Shown: piece by piece, positions 1-8,057 of the stretch
Layout: each line of letters begins with the position of its first letter
How positions within the stretch are numbered: position 1 is the stretch's first letter
Assembly (NCBI GenBank): GCA_040905425.1
Contig: JBBDRO010000010.1
Location: forward strand, 1-12,510
From: Gemmatimonadota bacterium
Lineage (GTDB): Bacteria > Gemmatimonadota > Gemmatimonadetes > Longimicrobiales > RSA9
Reading direction: 5' to 3'
DNA: 12,510 bases
Notes under the pieces: generated by a model
Told to the model about the DNA's origin: nothing
What the model saw: only the letters and a program-made list of their open reading frames with translations
Databases searched by the model: none
Made by a program: the position numbers and the translations under genes

Positions 1-286
1 GGCCGATCAGCGGGATGAAGGTGATGAGGAACCACCAGCCGGAGCGCCCCACGTCATGCAGGCGCCGGACGCTCACCGCGATCGACGGCACGATGATGGC
101 CAGTACGTAGATGCCTGACAGGATGCCCATCCCGAGCTCCGCATCATAAAAGCCGAACACCAGGTCGACGGCCATGAGACCGATCATGATGAGCGCGTTG
201 ATTAGCGCGAACATCCAGTACTCCTTGCGCCGGGCACGGCCGGAGAACGTGGCGTAATCGCGAAGAACTTTGAGATACCATCCCAT
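1..286 (-). CDS. DUF805 (YhaH/YhaI-like) inner-membrane protein, 3' end outside window
   Basis: Not in the ORF track because it runs off the edge. My translation from ATG 286: MGWYLKVLRDYATFSGRARRKEYWMFALINALIMIG...IIVPSIAVSVRRLHDVGRSGWWFLITFIPLIG. FSGRARRKEYW and RRLHDxGRSGWW are DUF805 hallmarks. Alternative in-frame ATG at 295. Confidence 0.92.
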   Translation of the reverse strand, partial: MGWYLKVLRDYATFSGRARRKEYWMFALINALIMIGLMAVDLVFGFYDAELGMGILSGIYVLAIIVPSIAVSVRRLHDVGRSGWWFLITFIPLIG

Positions 287-342
287 GAGTGCCATCCCTG
301 GTAGGAGAAAGGGGGAGTGTGGCGTGGTTCGGCTCAGACTTC

Positions 343-1512
343 TTACTCCGCCGCCTCGCTGAACAGCCTCACATACGGCTCGTAGCGGAAACGACGGTTG
401 CGTGCGTTGCCGGTGATCTCCCGCAGGATGCCCAGCTCCGCCATGCGAGCCACGAGTGTATTGGCGGCGGCAAAGCCGGTCCCGATCACCTGTTGCGCCT
501 GTTTCACCGAGATGATGGGCCGGTCGAACAGTGATTCCAGGACGCGATGGCCGTTCGCCGCCGCACGGCCCAGGCTGGCGGTGATTTCCGTACGGTGCTG
601 CTCGCGCAGTAGCAGAACGCGTCGCGCAGTCTCCGTGGCCTCGCCGCTCACCTCGACCACGCCGCGCAGGAAGAAGGCCAGCCAGTCCTCCCAGTTGCCC
701 TCGTCTCGAACACCCTGCAAGCGCTCATAGTACTCCTGGCGATGGCGCTTCAGGTAATGGGAAAGGTAGAGCACCGGCTTGGTCAACACCCCGCGCTCCG
801 TGAGCAGGAACGTGATGAGCAGTCGGCCCACACGGCCGTTGCCGTCCAGGAAGGGATGGATCGTTTCGAATTGCGCATGGGCCAGGCCGATCTTCACCAG
901 CAGCGGCAGGTCATCCGGCGCGTGCATGAACGCTTCGAGAGCACCGAGTGCCTCCGGGACCATCTCCGGCGGAGGCGGCACGAACACCGCGTCCGCAATA
1001 CCGGCCCCGCCCGGGCCGATCCAGTTCTGACTCCTACGCAGCTCCCCCGGCGTCAGCCGCCCGCCACGCACACCCCGCATCAGGCGCTCGTGGATCTCCC
1101 GGATGAGTCGTACCGAAACGGGCAGCTCACCAAGCCGTACGAGCCCGTGATTCATGGCGTCTACATAGTTCACCACCTCGTCCACATCCCGAGGCACGTC
1201 CAGGCTGTCGAAAAGGTCAGCCTCTGCGGCGAGCAGATCCTGTAGTGAACTCTGCGTACCCTCGATCTGGCTCGAGAGCACCGCCTCCTTGCGCACGTAC
1301 ATGAACACGAACAGGTCCGGGTTCGGCAGCGTGACCACCGACCCGTCCAACCGACCCAGGGCCCGATCGGCACGCGACAGCAGAACCCGCAACTCACCGT
1401 CCAACCGGATGGGCGGGTCCGGCGGCAGCGGCGCCGGCTCAAACGCCCGGTATCCCGCTACCTGCCGCACGTAGCGACCGGCTCGCACAGGATCGGAAGA
1501 CGGCCTCGTCAT
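343..1512 (-). CDS. Fic-family protein (N-terminal Fic_N-type region, Fic domain, probable C-terminal wHTH)
   Basis: Canonical catalytic motif HPFLDGNGRVGR and an inhibitory (S/T)xxxE(G/N) motif SSQIEG N-terminal to it. Start placed at ATG 1512, which has GGAG 8 nt upstream, rather than TTG 1533. Confidence 0.93.
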   Translation of the reverse strand: MTRPSSDPVRAGRYVRQVAGYRAFEPAPLPPDPPIRLDGELRVLLSRADRALGRLDGSVVTLPNPDLFVFMYVRKEAVLSSQIEGTQSSLQDLLAAEADLFDSLDVPRDVDEVVNYVDAMNHGLVRLGELPVSVRLIREIHERLMRGVRGGRLTPGELRRSQNWIGPGGAGIADAVFVPPPPEMVPEALGALEAFMHAPDDLPLLVKIGLAHAQFETIHPFLDGNGRVGRLLITFLLTERGVLTKPVLYLSHYLKRHRQEYYERLQGVRDEGNWEDWLAFFLRGVVEVSGEATETARRVLLLREQHRTEITASLGRAAANGHRVLESLFDRPIISVKQAQQVIGTGFAAANTLVARMAELGILREITGNARNRRFRYEPYVRLFSEAAE

Positions 1513-1551
1513 GCTATCCGCTCCATATAACAAGGAGTTGCTTCGACCGCC

Positions 1552-1581
1552 ATATTATTGGCTGTGCATAACATGACGCAA
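1552..1581 (-). promoter_or_regulatory. Candidate sigma70-type promoter of the fic gene
   Basis: Minus strand TTGCGT (1581-1576), 18 nt, TAATAT (1557-1552), in an AT-rich patch 40 nt upstream of the start. AATAAT with a 16-nt spacer is an alternative -10. Confidence 0.45.
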
Positions 1582-1690
1582 GATGTCCCGCTTGTATCGG
1601 GCTGACGATAATTGCTCGCGCCGCCGCACCGAGCGGCTGCCACCGAGCCCACCATCCGCGCCGAACGACCACAACCCGCCCCGGAACGCC

Positions 1691-2878
1691 TCACTCCCGC
1701 ACCCAGCGCTCCACCGGGCTGGCCATGAACTCCTCCAGGGCAATGCCGTCGCCGCCCACCAGCAGCGTCCGATCCGGCTCGAAAGCGCTCCGGAACGCAT
1801 CCAGGCCGGGCTGCGTGGCACGGGCGGCGCCGCTCTTCACCTCGAGAGCGGTCACGAAGCGCCCCGCTTCGACCACGAAGTCCACCTCCCGGTCACCCGC
1901 CCGCCAGTAATGGACCGCACACCTGCCCGCCAACGCCGCGTTGGCCAGGTGCGCTCCCACGGCCGACTCCACCAGGCGTCCCCAGTAGGCCCGGTCGGCG
2001 CGGGCCTGCTCCAGCGTCAAGCCGGCCTGGGCGGACATCAGCGCGGTGTTGAGGACCTGCAGCTTGGGACTCGACGCGCGTCGCCGGACCAGCTGCCCCG
2101 CATACTTCGGCAGCCCCGCCACCAGCCCCGCCCTGGCCAGGAGATCCAGGTAATGCGCCAGCGTGGTGGTGTTGCCCGCGTCATGGAGTTGGCCGAGCAT
2201 CTTCGTGTAGGAGAGCACCTGCCCCGAGTAGCGGCAGCTCAGCTCGAAGAGCCTGCGCAGGAGAGCCGGCTTGTCCACCCGCGTGAGCAGCAGCACGTCC
2301 CGGGAGATGGTGGTCTCGATGAGGGAGTCCCGGATGTAGCTGGCCCAGCGGTCGTGATCATGGATCAGGGGCGCGGCACCGGGATAGCCGCCATGGAAGA
2401 TGTACCGGTCGAGGTCCCAGCCGAACGCCGCGTGCATCTCCGTAAAGGACCAATGGGTGAGGTGCAGGATCTCGAAGCGGCCGGCCAGACTCTCCGTGAG
2501 CCCCTGGTCGGTGAGCCACGGCGCAGAGCCCAGAAGAACCACGCGCAGCCGCCGCTCCGCGCGGGTGTCCTGGTCCCACATGCGCTTCACCGTCTCGGCC
2601 CAACCCGCCGCCTTCTGCACCTCGTCGATGACGAGCACGCCGTCCCCATCGCCCGCTTCGAGGCGGGCGGCCTCCCACTGCGCCGCCAGCCAATCCGCCC
2701 CCCGCAGCGAGGGCTCGTCGGCGCTCGCGAAGCGCACGGGCACCGCGCTACGCCCCAGCACCTGGCTGACGAGCGTGGTCTTGCCCACCTGCCGTGGCCC
2801 CGCCACGACCTGGATGAGGCGACGGGGCTCGGCCAGCCGCTCCGCCAGAACCTGTCCCGCCGCTCGCTCATATTCCAT
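1691..2878 (-). CDS. AAA_14 ATPase with C-terminal DUF4143 (PD-(D/E)XK-like) domain
   Basis: Walker A GPRQVGKT, Walker B VLVIDEVQ, LLGS, ESLAGR, GGYP, and a C-terminal EVDFVV...ALEVKSG motif. 395 aa is typical of this family. Confidence 0.92.
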   Translation of the reverse strand: MEYERAAGQVLAERLAEPRRLIQVVAGPRQVGKTTLVSQVLGRSAVPVRFASADEPSLRGADWLAAQWEAARLEAGDGDGVLVIDEVQKAAGWAETVKRMWDQDTRAERRLRVVLLGSAPWLTDQGLTESLAGRFEILHLTHWSFTEMHAAFGWDLDRYIFHGGYPGAAPLIHDHDRWASYIRDSLIETTISRDVLLLTRVDKPALLRRLFELSCRYSGQVLSYTKMLGQLHDAGNTTTLAHYLDLLARAGLVAGLPKYAGQLVRRRASSPKLQVLNTALMSAQAGLTLEQARADRAYWGRLVESAVGAHLANAALAGRCAVHYWRAGDREVDFVVEAGRFVTALEVKSGAARATQPGLDAFRSAFEPDRTLLVGGDGIALEEFMASPVERWVRE

Positions 2879-2879
2879 G

Positions 2880-2925
2880 GATTACTCAGTGCATTGAGTT
2901 AATTTACTCAGTACGTTGAGTAATC
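2880..2925. promoter_or_regulatory. Tandem palindromic operator-like array (two TTACTCA-N6-TGAGT(A/T)A units, 22-bp period)
   Basis: TTACTCA-GTGCAT-TGAGTTA (2882-2901) and TTACTCA-GTACGT-TGAGTAA (2904-2923). The outer arms GATTACTCA / TGAGTAATC are a perfect 9-bp inverted repeat. Directly upstream of the ATPase ATG. Confidence 0.8.
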
Positions 2926-2950
2926 TACGGATGGTGGATCTCTGTATCAA
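2922..2950 (-). promoter_or_regulatory. sigma70-type promoter of the AAA/DUF4143 gene
   Basis: Minus strand TTGATA (2950-2945), 17 nt, TAGATT (2927-2922). The -10 overlaps the distal operator arm. Confidence 0.7.
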
Positions 2951-2979
2951 GCGGGAGGGGACCGCGCCCTAACCGGCTC

Positions 2980-3921
2980 CTAACACCCTGGCCGGAGCGC
3001 CGACACCGGATAGCGGTAGATGTCGCCCGGCGGACGCTCGCCGGCGAGCGGGGGCGCGGCCAGCCCCGGGCGCTCCGAAGTGAAGTACAGCCAGTGGCCG
3101 TCGGCACTCACATGGGGGGCGATCTCCGCCTGGCCACTGTTCACGGGCGGCCCGGGGTTCCAGGGAGCGCCCCAGCCAGCGCCTGTGCGGCACCTGATCA
3201 TGAGGTCCGGGGGGCCGCCCCCGTCCTCCCCGGTGGTAGCCCAGAAGACCAGGAACGAGCCGTCCGGCGCCACCGCGGGATTACCGACGCGCGCGCTTCC
3301 GGTATCGATCTCCAGCCGGACGGGGGCGGCGAACCCCGCTTCGCGGGGAGCGGCGCGGTAGAAATGGCGGGGCTCCCCGGGAGTGCTGCGGCCGAAGTAG
3401 AGCGTGCCGTCGGCCGCGAGGGATGCAAAGACCTCGTCGCCTGCCGAATTCAGCGGTTCCGGCAGCGGGCGGGGTGCACCCCAGGCATTGCCCGTCCGCT
3501 CCGCGACCCAGGTGTTCATGTCACCCGTGGTGTCCCCGGGGTGCAGCGGAGCGTTCGAGCTGAAGTAGAGCCGCGTCCCATCCGCGGTCACGAACGGATC
3601 GATGGCCACCCCATCCTCCAGCAGCGGGACCTCGGCCGGCGCCTCCCAGCGCTCGCCCGCCCGGATGGCCCGGAGCACGGGCATGCGTCCGTCCGCGACG
3701 GCCCGGCCGAAGTAGATCTCGGCGCCGTCCGCCGTCACGCTGACGCCGAACTCATTGGCGGACGTGGAGATCGTGCCCGGGCCGACGAGTTCCAGCGTGT
3801 CCGCGGCGGCCACGACCGCACCGTTCTGCGCGTCCTGCTGGGCGGGACCACGACACGCCAGCACCACGAACGCGGCCAGCGCCGCGATGACCGGTCCCGG
3901 AGGCGTACTCTGCGGCGTCAT
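2980..3921 (-). CDS. PD40/TolB-like beta-propeller protein, probable lipoprotein
   Basis: Repeated blades ending in (T/S/A)(A/P)DG-x-x-(I/L)(Y/V)F: TADGAEIYF, TADGTRLYFSS, AADGTLYF, APDGSFLVF, SADGHWLYFTS, with WxxPxxL/P linkers. Hydrophobic segment ending VVLAC resembles a lipobox. Likely start ATG 3921 (or 3936), just after the upstream stop; the track start at 4116 overlaps the upstream gene. Confidence 0.85.
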   Translation of the reverse strand: MTPQSTPPGPVIAALAAFVVLACRGPAQQDAQNGAVVAAADTLELVGPGTISTSANEFGVSVTADGAEIYFGRAVADGRMPVLRAIRAGERWEAPAEVPLLEDGVAIDPFVTADGTRLYFSSNAPLHPGDTTGDMNTWVAERTGNAWGAPRPLPEPLNSAGDEVFASLAADGTLYFGRSTPGEPRHFYRAAPREAGFAAPVRLEIDTGSARVGNPAVAPDGSFLVFWATTGEDGGGPPDLMIRCRTGAGWGAPWNPGPPVNSGQAEIAPHVSADGHWLYFTSERPGLAAPPLAGERPPGDIYRYPVSALRPGC

Positions 3922-3928
3922 CGTCGCT

Positions 3929-4900
3929 TCACGCATCCGGGGCAGGCGGGGGCGCCGGTGAGAAGCCGTCCACGTGAATGCGCCATGCCCCGTCTGCGCC
4001 GCGGCGCCAAACCGTGGTGAATTTGCCGCGGGCGGCGGGGGTACGCGTGCCGTCGGCCTGCTGCACCTGCAGCGTGTAATAGCCCACGTCCCAACCCAGC
4101 TCGCCGGAGGCGCCACGACCCACCGACTCGAAGCTCAGATGCGCCGTGCCGCCGGCCTCCCGGATGCGGTCGAGGAAGACGAACTGGGTGCGCAGCACCT
4201 GGCGCCCTGCCAGCACCGGCCCCTGCCGTGGCAGGTACAGCGGGTTTTCGGTGTACAGCGTCACCACGGAATCCGGCTCCCCCATACGGTAGGCGCGGCT
4301 GAAGCGAGCGTACACCGCGTCCATGGCGGCCGACACCGTGTCATCGGGCCGCCGGGCGTAGTAGCCCGCAAAGCTCCGCGTCCAGCTCTGCCCCCCGTCA
4401 CTGGAGACGTCCCACACCTGCCGGACGCGCCCATCGGGCAGCGGCGTCCAGGTGATCCGATCCAGGACGGGACCCCGGGGCGTGGGGCGCGGCGCGGTGC
4501 CCGAGAGCACCATGTCCGCACCCACCAGACCGCCCTCCAGCCAGAGGGTAGAGCCGGCGCCCACCCAGCGCTGCGTCCACCTGCGGAGCGCGGGGTCATA
4601 GGTGTTCACGCTGACGCCGCCCTCGCCGCGCGCGCCGCGCCAGTTCTCGTAGAGGCCGCAGCCGTCGGCAACCCGGGTGATCTCGTTGTGGCCGAGGATC
4701 TGACCCGCGGAGTCGCTCACTGCCCAGTTGCCCAGCCAGAAGTCGAACTGGCGGTGCTCGGGGCCGCGGCAGCGCTCGGCGATGGCGGCGGCGGATGTGG
4801 TGGCGGGCTCCTGCGCCGCCAGCGCGCCGGGAACGCTCTGGCCCGCCAGCACGAGCAGGGCAACCAGTGCGGCCCACGCCAGCTTCATCGGTCTATTCAT
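3929..4900 (-). CDS. Secreted two-domain protein: N-terminal CxxPEHRQFDFWLGxW domain fused to a C-terminal NTF2-like (DUF4440/SnoaL-type) domain
   Basis: Signal peptide MNRPMKLAWAALVALLVLAG...ALA-AQE. Domain 1 has RQFDFWLGNW...YENW...GRVRQVWDVSSDGGQSW (DUF1579-like beta-barrel, tentative). Domain 2 has LYTENP...GKFTTVWRRGADGAWRIHVD. SD-like AAGGAAAG upstream of ATG 4900. Confidence 0.75.
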   Translation of the reverse strand: MNRPMKLAWAALVALLVLAGQSVPGALAAQEPATTSAAAIAERCRGPEHRQFDFWLGNWAVSDSAGQILGHNEITRVADGCGLYENWRGARGEGGVSVNTYDPALRRWTQRWVGAGSTLWLEGGLVGADMVLSGTAPRPTPRGPVLDRITWTPLPDGRVRQVWDVSSDGGQSWTRSFAGYYARRPDDTVSAAMDAVYARFSRAYRMGEPDSVVTLYTENPLYLPRQGPVLAGRQVLRTQFVFLDRIREAGGTAHLSFESVGRGASGELGWDVGYYTLQVQQADGTRTPAARGKFTTVWRRGADGAWRIHVDGFSPAPPPAPDA

Positions 4901-4934
4901 AGATCTTTCCTTGGCATGATCGTTCCGACCCCGC

Positions 4935-7562
4935 CTACCCGTCCCCCCGCCCCAGCAACCGCACCAGATCGTGGGAGCCCGCCCGGCGCGCCACCGGCGC
5001 GGCGGCCAGCGCCACGCTGACCAGCAGCGCTACGGCCAGCACCATCAGCGGCCCCGCGCCCGGCACGCGCAACCCGAAGACCGCGCTGGCCAGCACCGGC
5101 GTGAGCGCGAGCGCCGCCAGCAGCCCCACCACCACGCCCATGGCGGCCGTGATGAGCGTGCGCCCGAGCACCCCGCGCGCCACCGACGCGGGGGATGCGC
5201 CCACCGCCATGCGCACCGCCAGCTCGTGGAGCCGGCGACGCACCTCGCCGGCCACCACGGCGTACACGCCGGCCAGCGCCAGGAGCAGGCCCAGCGCGCC
5301 GAACTGCCCGCCCGCCGCCGTGAAGAAGCGCTCGTGCGCCGCGCCCCGGCGCACCCGCTCGGCCACGCTCACCACGTCGTAGGCGGCCTGATCCGGATCC
5401 CCCGCGCCCACAGCCGCCGCAACGGCGGCCACCGGCGCAGCGGCGCGACCGCGCACCAGGAGGGCGGCCCCGCGGGAGGGCAGGCGCGCCCAGGGAACGT
5501 GGATCAGCGCGCCGTCGCTTATTTCTTCATTGACGGCGCCGTAGCGAATGTCCGGCGCCACACCCACCACGCGCAGCGGGCCCATCCCCTCCACGTGGAT
5601 AGTGGCGTCCAGCGCGGAGCCGGCGGGCCAGAGCGCCTGTGCCAGGGCGCGGCTCACCACGGCCACGCCGGCCGCCGTGTCGGCCACCTCGGCGCTCGTG
5701 AAGTCGCGGCCCTCGAGGAGCGGCGCGCCGAGCGCCTGGAAGCTGCCGGCGGAGACGCCCACGAGGCGCACGGGCCGGTCGGTGCCGTCCGCGGCGCGCA
5801 GCACGCGGGGGGCGCCCAGGTCCTCGGCGGGCATGGCGGTGGTGAAGGCGCTGGCCACCACGTCGGGCCGGGCGTCGAGGGCGGCGGTGGCAGCGGTGAG
5901 GAAGCGGAGGCGCGCGGGGACCACGTCGTAGAGATCGCCGCTCATGACCACGCGCGCGGAGGCCAGCCGCTCGGGCTGGAAGCCCAGCTCCGTGCCGAGG
6001 CGCGCCAGGAAGCCGGTGCCCGCCGCCAGCGCGCCCACCAGGAGGACGAAGGCCAGCGCCACCTCGGCCGCCACGAGCGCACGGCCCACCGCCAGCGTGC
6101 CCCGCGCGGCGCCCTGGCCGCGCGTACCGAGCGCCCCGCGGTGGGGCGTGCGCAGCACGTGCAGCAGGGGGAGCACCGCCGCGAGCAGCGCCGCCACGGC
6201 GCCGGTGGCGAGCACGAAGAGGACGGCGGGCAGATGGAAACGGGGCGCCACCCAGTAGGGGAGGCCCGGCGGCAGGCGGAGCGCCACGGCGCGCACCGAG
6301 AGCCACGCCAGCGGCAGCGCCAGGACGGCCGCCGCCACCGCCAGCACGGCCGCCTCCACGGCCACCAGTCGCGCCAGGCGAGCGCGCCCGGCGCCCAGCG
6401 CCGCGCGGATGGCCAGCTCCCGCCGCCGGCCCAGCGTGCGCGCCAGCAGCAGGTTGGCCACGTTCACGCACGCAATGAGCAGCACGAAGCCCACGGCGGG
6501 CAGGAGCAGCGGCGTGAAGCGCCGGACCGCCGCCGGGGTGAAGGCGTCGCGGAGCGGCGCCACGGTCACGACGGGATCCATCAGGTCGGCGGCGCCGCGC
6601 GGGGCGGCGGCGCGCACGGCCGCCGTCAGATGGGCGGCCAGGGCGCTCGGCTCCTGCCCCGGTACCGTGCGGGCCAACACGTTCAGGTAACGGCGGTCCG
6701 GGTCACCGGCCACGTCCGTGCCGAGCGGCAGCCAGAGGTCCTGAACCGCTGGAAAGGCCACGCCGGGCGGCAGCACGCCCACCACACGGAGCGGCCGGTC
6801 GTTGACGGTGAGGGACCGCTCCAGCACGTCCGCGCCGCCGCCGAAGGCGCTCCGCCAGAGCCGGTGGGAGAGGATGACCGCGCCCTCGAAGCCCGGCTCC
6901 GCGCCCTCCGCCGCGTGGAACAGGCGCCCGAGCGCGGGCTCCACGCCGAGCAGCGCGAACGTGCCCGGTGTCACCGCGGCGCCCGATACCCGCTCGGCGC
7001 CGCCCCCCGCACGCACGGTGAAGCTGCGCTGGGTGAAGGCGGCGGTGGCCTCCACGCCAGGGGCGCGCCGCACGTCCTCCAGCTCCGCCCAGCTCAGCGT
7101 GCGCGCCACCCCCGGGCTGGCCTCCTGGCCGGCCTGCACCAGCACCAGCCGCTCCCCGTCGGCAAAGGGCAGCGGGCTCCACAGGATGGCGTGCACCACG
7201 CTGAAGGCGGCCCCGTTGACGGCCATGCCGGCGGCCAGGCAGAGGAGCGCCAGTCCCAGGGCGGGACGCAGTCCGCGCAGCGCCATGCGTACGTCGGAAG
7301 CGACGCCCCTCATCCACCTGCCACCGCTACGCCGCGTCTCCGGCCCGGCTCCCTGGCCGGCACCGCGGGTGGCCCACGCCAGGCGGAGCATGTCGGGATG
7401 CAGGAGCTGGCCGAGGTACCAGAGGCGCCGGCCACGGCCCCGCTCTTCGGTCCCGTGGCGGCGTGCGGCGCCCGCCGCCAGATCCGCCAGCACCTCCGCC
7501 GCCACCTCTTCCGGCAGCAGGCGGCGCACGGCGGCCTGGACCCACCCGGGTGCCTCCGTCAT
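4935..7562 (-). CDS. ADOP-type duplicated ABC permease (2 x MacB periplasmic + FtsX), module 1
   Basis: VLLIACVNVANLLLAR...RRRELAIRAALGAGRARL, LVAAEVALAFVLL, GVYAVVA...RRLHELAVRMAVGA and terminal VARRA. ATG 7562 overlaps the padR stop (ATGA). 875 aa. Confidence 0.92.
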   Translation of the reverse strand: MTEAPGWVQAAVRRLLPEEVAAEVLADLAAGAARRHGTEERGRGRRLWYLGQLLHPDMLRLAWATRGAGQGAGPETRRSGGRWMRGVASDVRMALRGLRPALGLALLCLAAGMAVNGAAFSVVHAILWSPLPFADGERLVLVQAGQEASPGVARTLSWAELEDVRRAPGVEATAAFTQRSFTVRAGGGAERVSGAAVTPGTFALLGVEPALGRLFHAAEGAEPGFEGAVILSHRLWRSAFGGGADVLERSLTVNDRPLRVVGVLPPGVAFPAVQDLWLPLGTDVAGDPDRRYLNVLARTVPGQEPSALAAHLTAAVRAAAPRGAADLMDPVVTVAPLRDAFTPAAVRRFTPLLLPAVGFVLLIACVNVANLLLARTLGRRRELAIRAALGAGRARLARLVAVEAAVLAVAAAVLALPLAWLSVRAVALRLPPGLPYWVAPRFHLPAVLFVLATGAVAALLAAVLPLLHVLRTPHRGALGTRGQGAARGTLAVGRALVAAEVALAFVLLVGALAAGTGFLARLGTELGFQPERLASARVVMSGDLYDVVPARLRFLTAATAALDARPDVVASAFTTAMPAEDLGAPRVLRAADGTDRPVRLVGVSAGSFQALGAPLLEGRDFTSAEVADTAAGVAVVSRALAQALWPAGSALDATIHVEGMGPLRVVGVAPDIRYGAVNEEISDGALIHVPWARLPSRGAALLVRGRAAAPVAAVAAAVGAGDPDQAAYDVVSVAERVRRGAAHERFFTAAGGQFGALGLLLALAGVYAVVAGEVRRRLHELAVRMAVGASPASVARGVLGRTLITAAMGVVVGLLAALALTPVLASAVFGLRVPGAGPLMVLAVALLVSVALAAAPVARRAGSHDLVRLLGRGDG

Positions 7563-7873
7563 TGCGGGGCCACCCCGCGCCACATGCGCTCGTGGGCGCG
7601 GCGCGCGGCCGCCAGCGCCTCCCTGCCCTCGGGGGTGAGGGCAAAGTAGCGCCGCTCCCGCCCGCCCTCCGGCGCGGCTCGCCTGGTGGAGCGCACCAGC
7701 CCCTGCTTCTCCAGGCGGACGAGCGTGACGTGCACGGTGGCCACCGCCACGTTGCGCTCCGCCACCTCATGGAGTTCCTGGCGCACGGCGTCGGCAAAGG
7801 CCGCGCGGCCCAGCCGGGCCACGGCCAGCATGGTGAGCTGCTGGAGATCACCCAGGGAGACGGGTGGGGTCAC
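7559..7873 (-). CDS. PadR-family transcriptional regulator, module 1
   Basis: SLGDLQQLTMLAVARLG...VHVTLVRLEKQGLV...GGRERRYFALTPEGREAL. Start placed at GTG 7873, which has GAGGA 8 nt upstream; the track gives ATG 7882. Confidence 0.9.
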   Translation of the reverse strand: MTPPVSLGDLQQLTMLAVARLGRAAFADAVRQELHEVAERNVAVATVHVTLVRLEKQGLVRSTRRAAPEGGRERRYFALTPEGREALAAARRAHERMWRGVAPQ

Positions 7874-7931
7874 GGCTACCATCCTCGGATTCAGACGGGG
7901 CGGCGGGCATACGCGTCAGGGCGTGGGGAGA

Positions 7932-7962
7932 AATCTGGGCGGGTTGTGTGACATTGTCAATG
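7932..7962 (-). promoter_or_regulatory. Candidate promoter of module 1 with palindromes over the -35
   Basis: Minus strand TTGACA (7960-7955), 17 nt, CAGATT (7937-7932). Overlapping palindromes TGACA-T-TGTCA (7949-7959) and CATTG-T-CAATG (7952-7962). Confidence 0.6.
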
Positions 7963-7979
7963 GAGGTAGCGTCGCCCTG

Positions 7980-8005
7980 GCGCTGTGGCTCCCGGCGCGG
8001 CGGGC
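7980..8005 (+). repeat. 26-bp exact direct repeat, copy 1 (relic of an ADOP permease 3' end)
   Basis: GCGCTGTGGCTCCCGGCGCGGCGGGC is identical to 11063-11088. It reads VALALWLPARRATRL here versus VAGFALWLPARRAARV at the end of permease 2. Confidence 0.9.
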
Positions 8006-8019
8006 GACGCGGCTCCGTG

Positions 8020-8057
8020 TTGTGTATTCATATCTATAGGTATAACTTTATATCTAT
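8020..8057 (+). promoter_or_regulatory. Candidate leaderless promoter/operator of module 2
   Basis: TTGTGT (8020-8025), 17 nt, TAACTT (8043-8048), 7 nt, ATG 8056, with no SD. Near-palindrome ATATCTATAGGTAT (8030-8043). ATATCTAT is repeated at 8030 and 8050. Confidence 0.6.

Noticed and set aside
1521..1537. CTCC-N9-GGAG stem that could sequester the fic SD
   Set aside because: Only 4 bp; too weak to call a regulatory hairpin.
2882..2923. Possible mini-CRISPR or tandem repeat
   Set aside because: Only two 20-bp dyad units 2 bp apart, with no spacers or cas genes; the position fits an operator.
1586..2956. 9-bp inverted repeat TCCCGCTTG (1586-1594) / CAAGCGGGA (2948-2956) flanking the ATPase gene
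   Set aside because: Short enough to arise by chance; no target-site duplication or transposase seen.
2968..2984. GTTAGG twice on the minus strand, resembling integron core sites upstream of the ATPase gene
   Set aside because: No inverse core (...AAC) or hairpin after the ATPase, fic or PD40 stops; one copy simply contains the TAG stop of the PD40 gene.
4971..7649. 892-aa plus-strand ORF, and similar long antisense ORFs at 1583-2902, 3974-5020, 3094-4020 and 8954-10471
   Set aside because: Shadow frames opposite well-supported genes in very GC-rich DNA; low-complexity Arg/Gly/Ala/His-rich translations with no recognisable motifs.
7686..8039. 117-aa plus-strand ORF ending in LWLPARRATRLRVVYSYL
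   Set aside because: Mostly antisense to padR1 and runs through its promoter. Only the ~15-codon permease relic is meaningful, and it is reported as a repeat.
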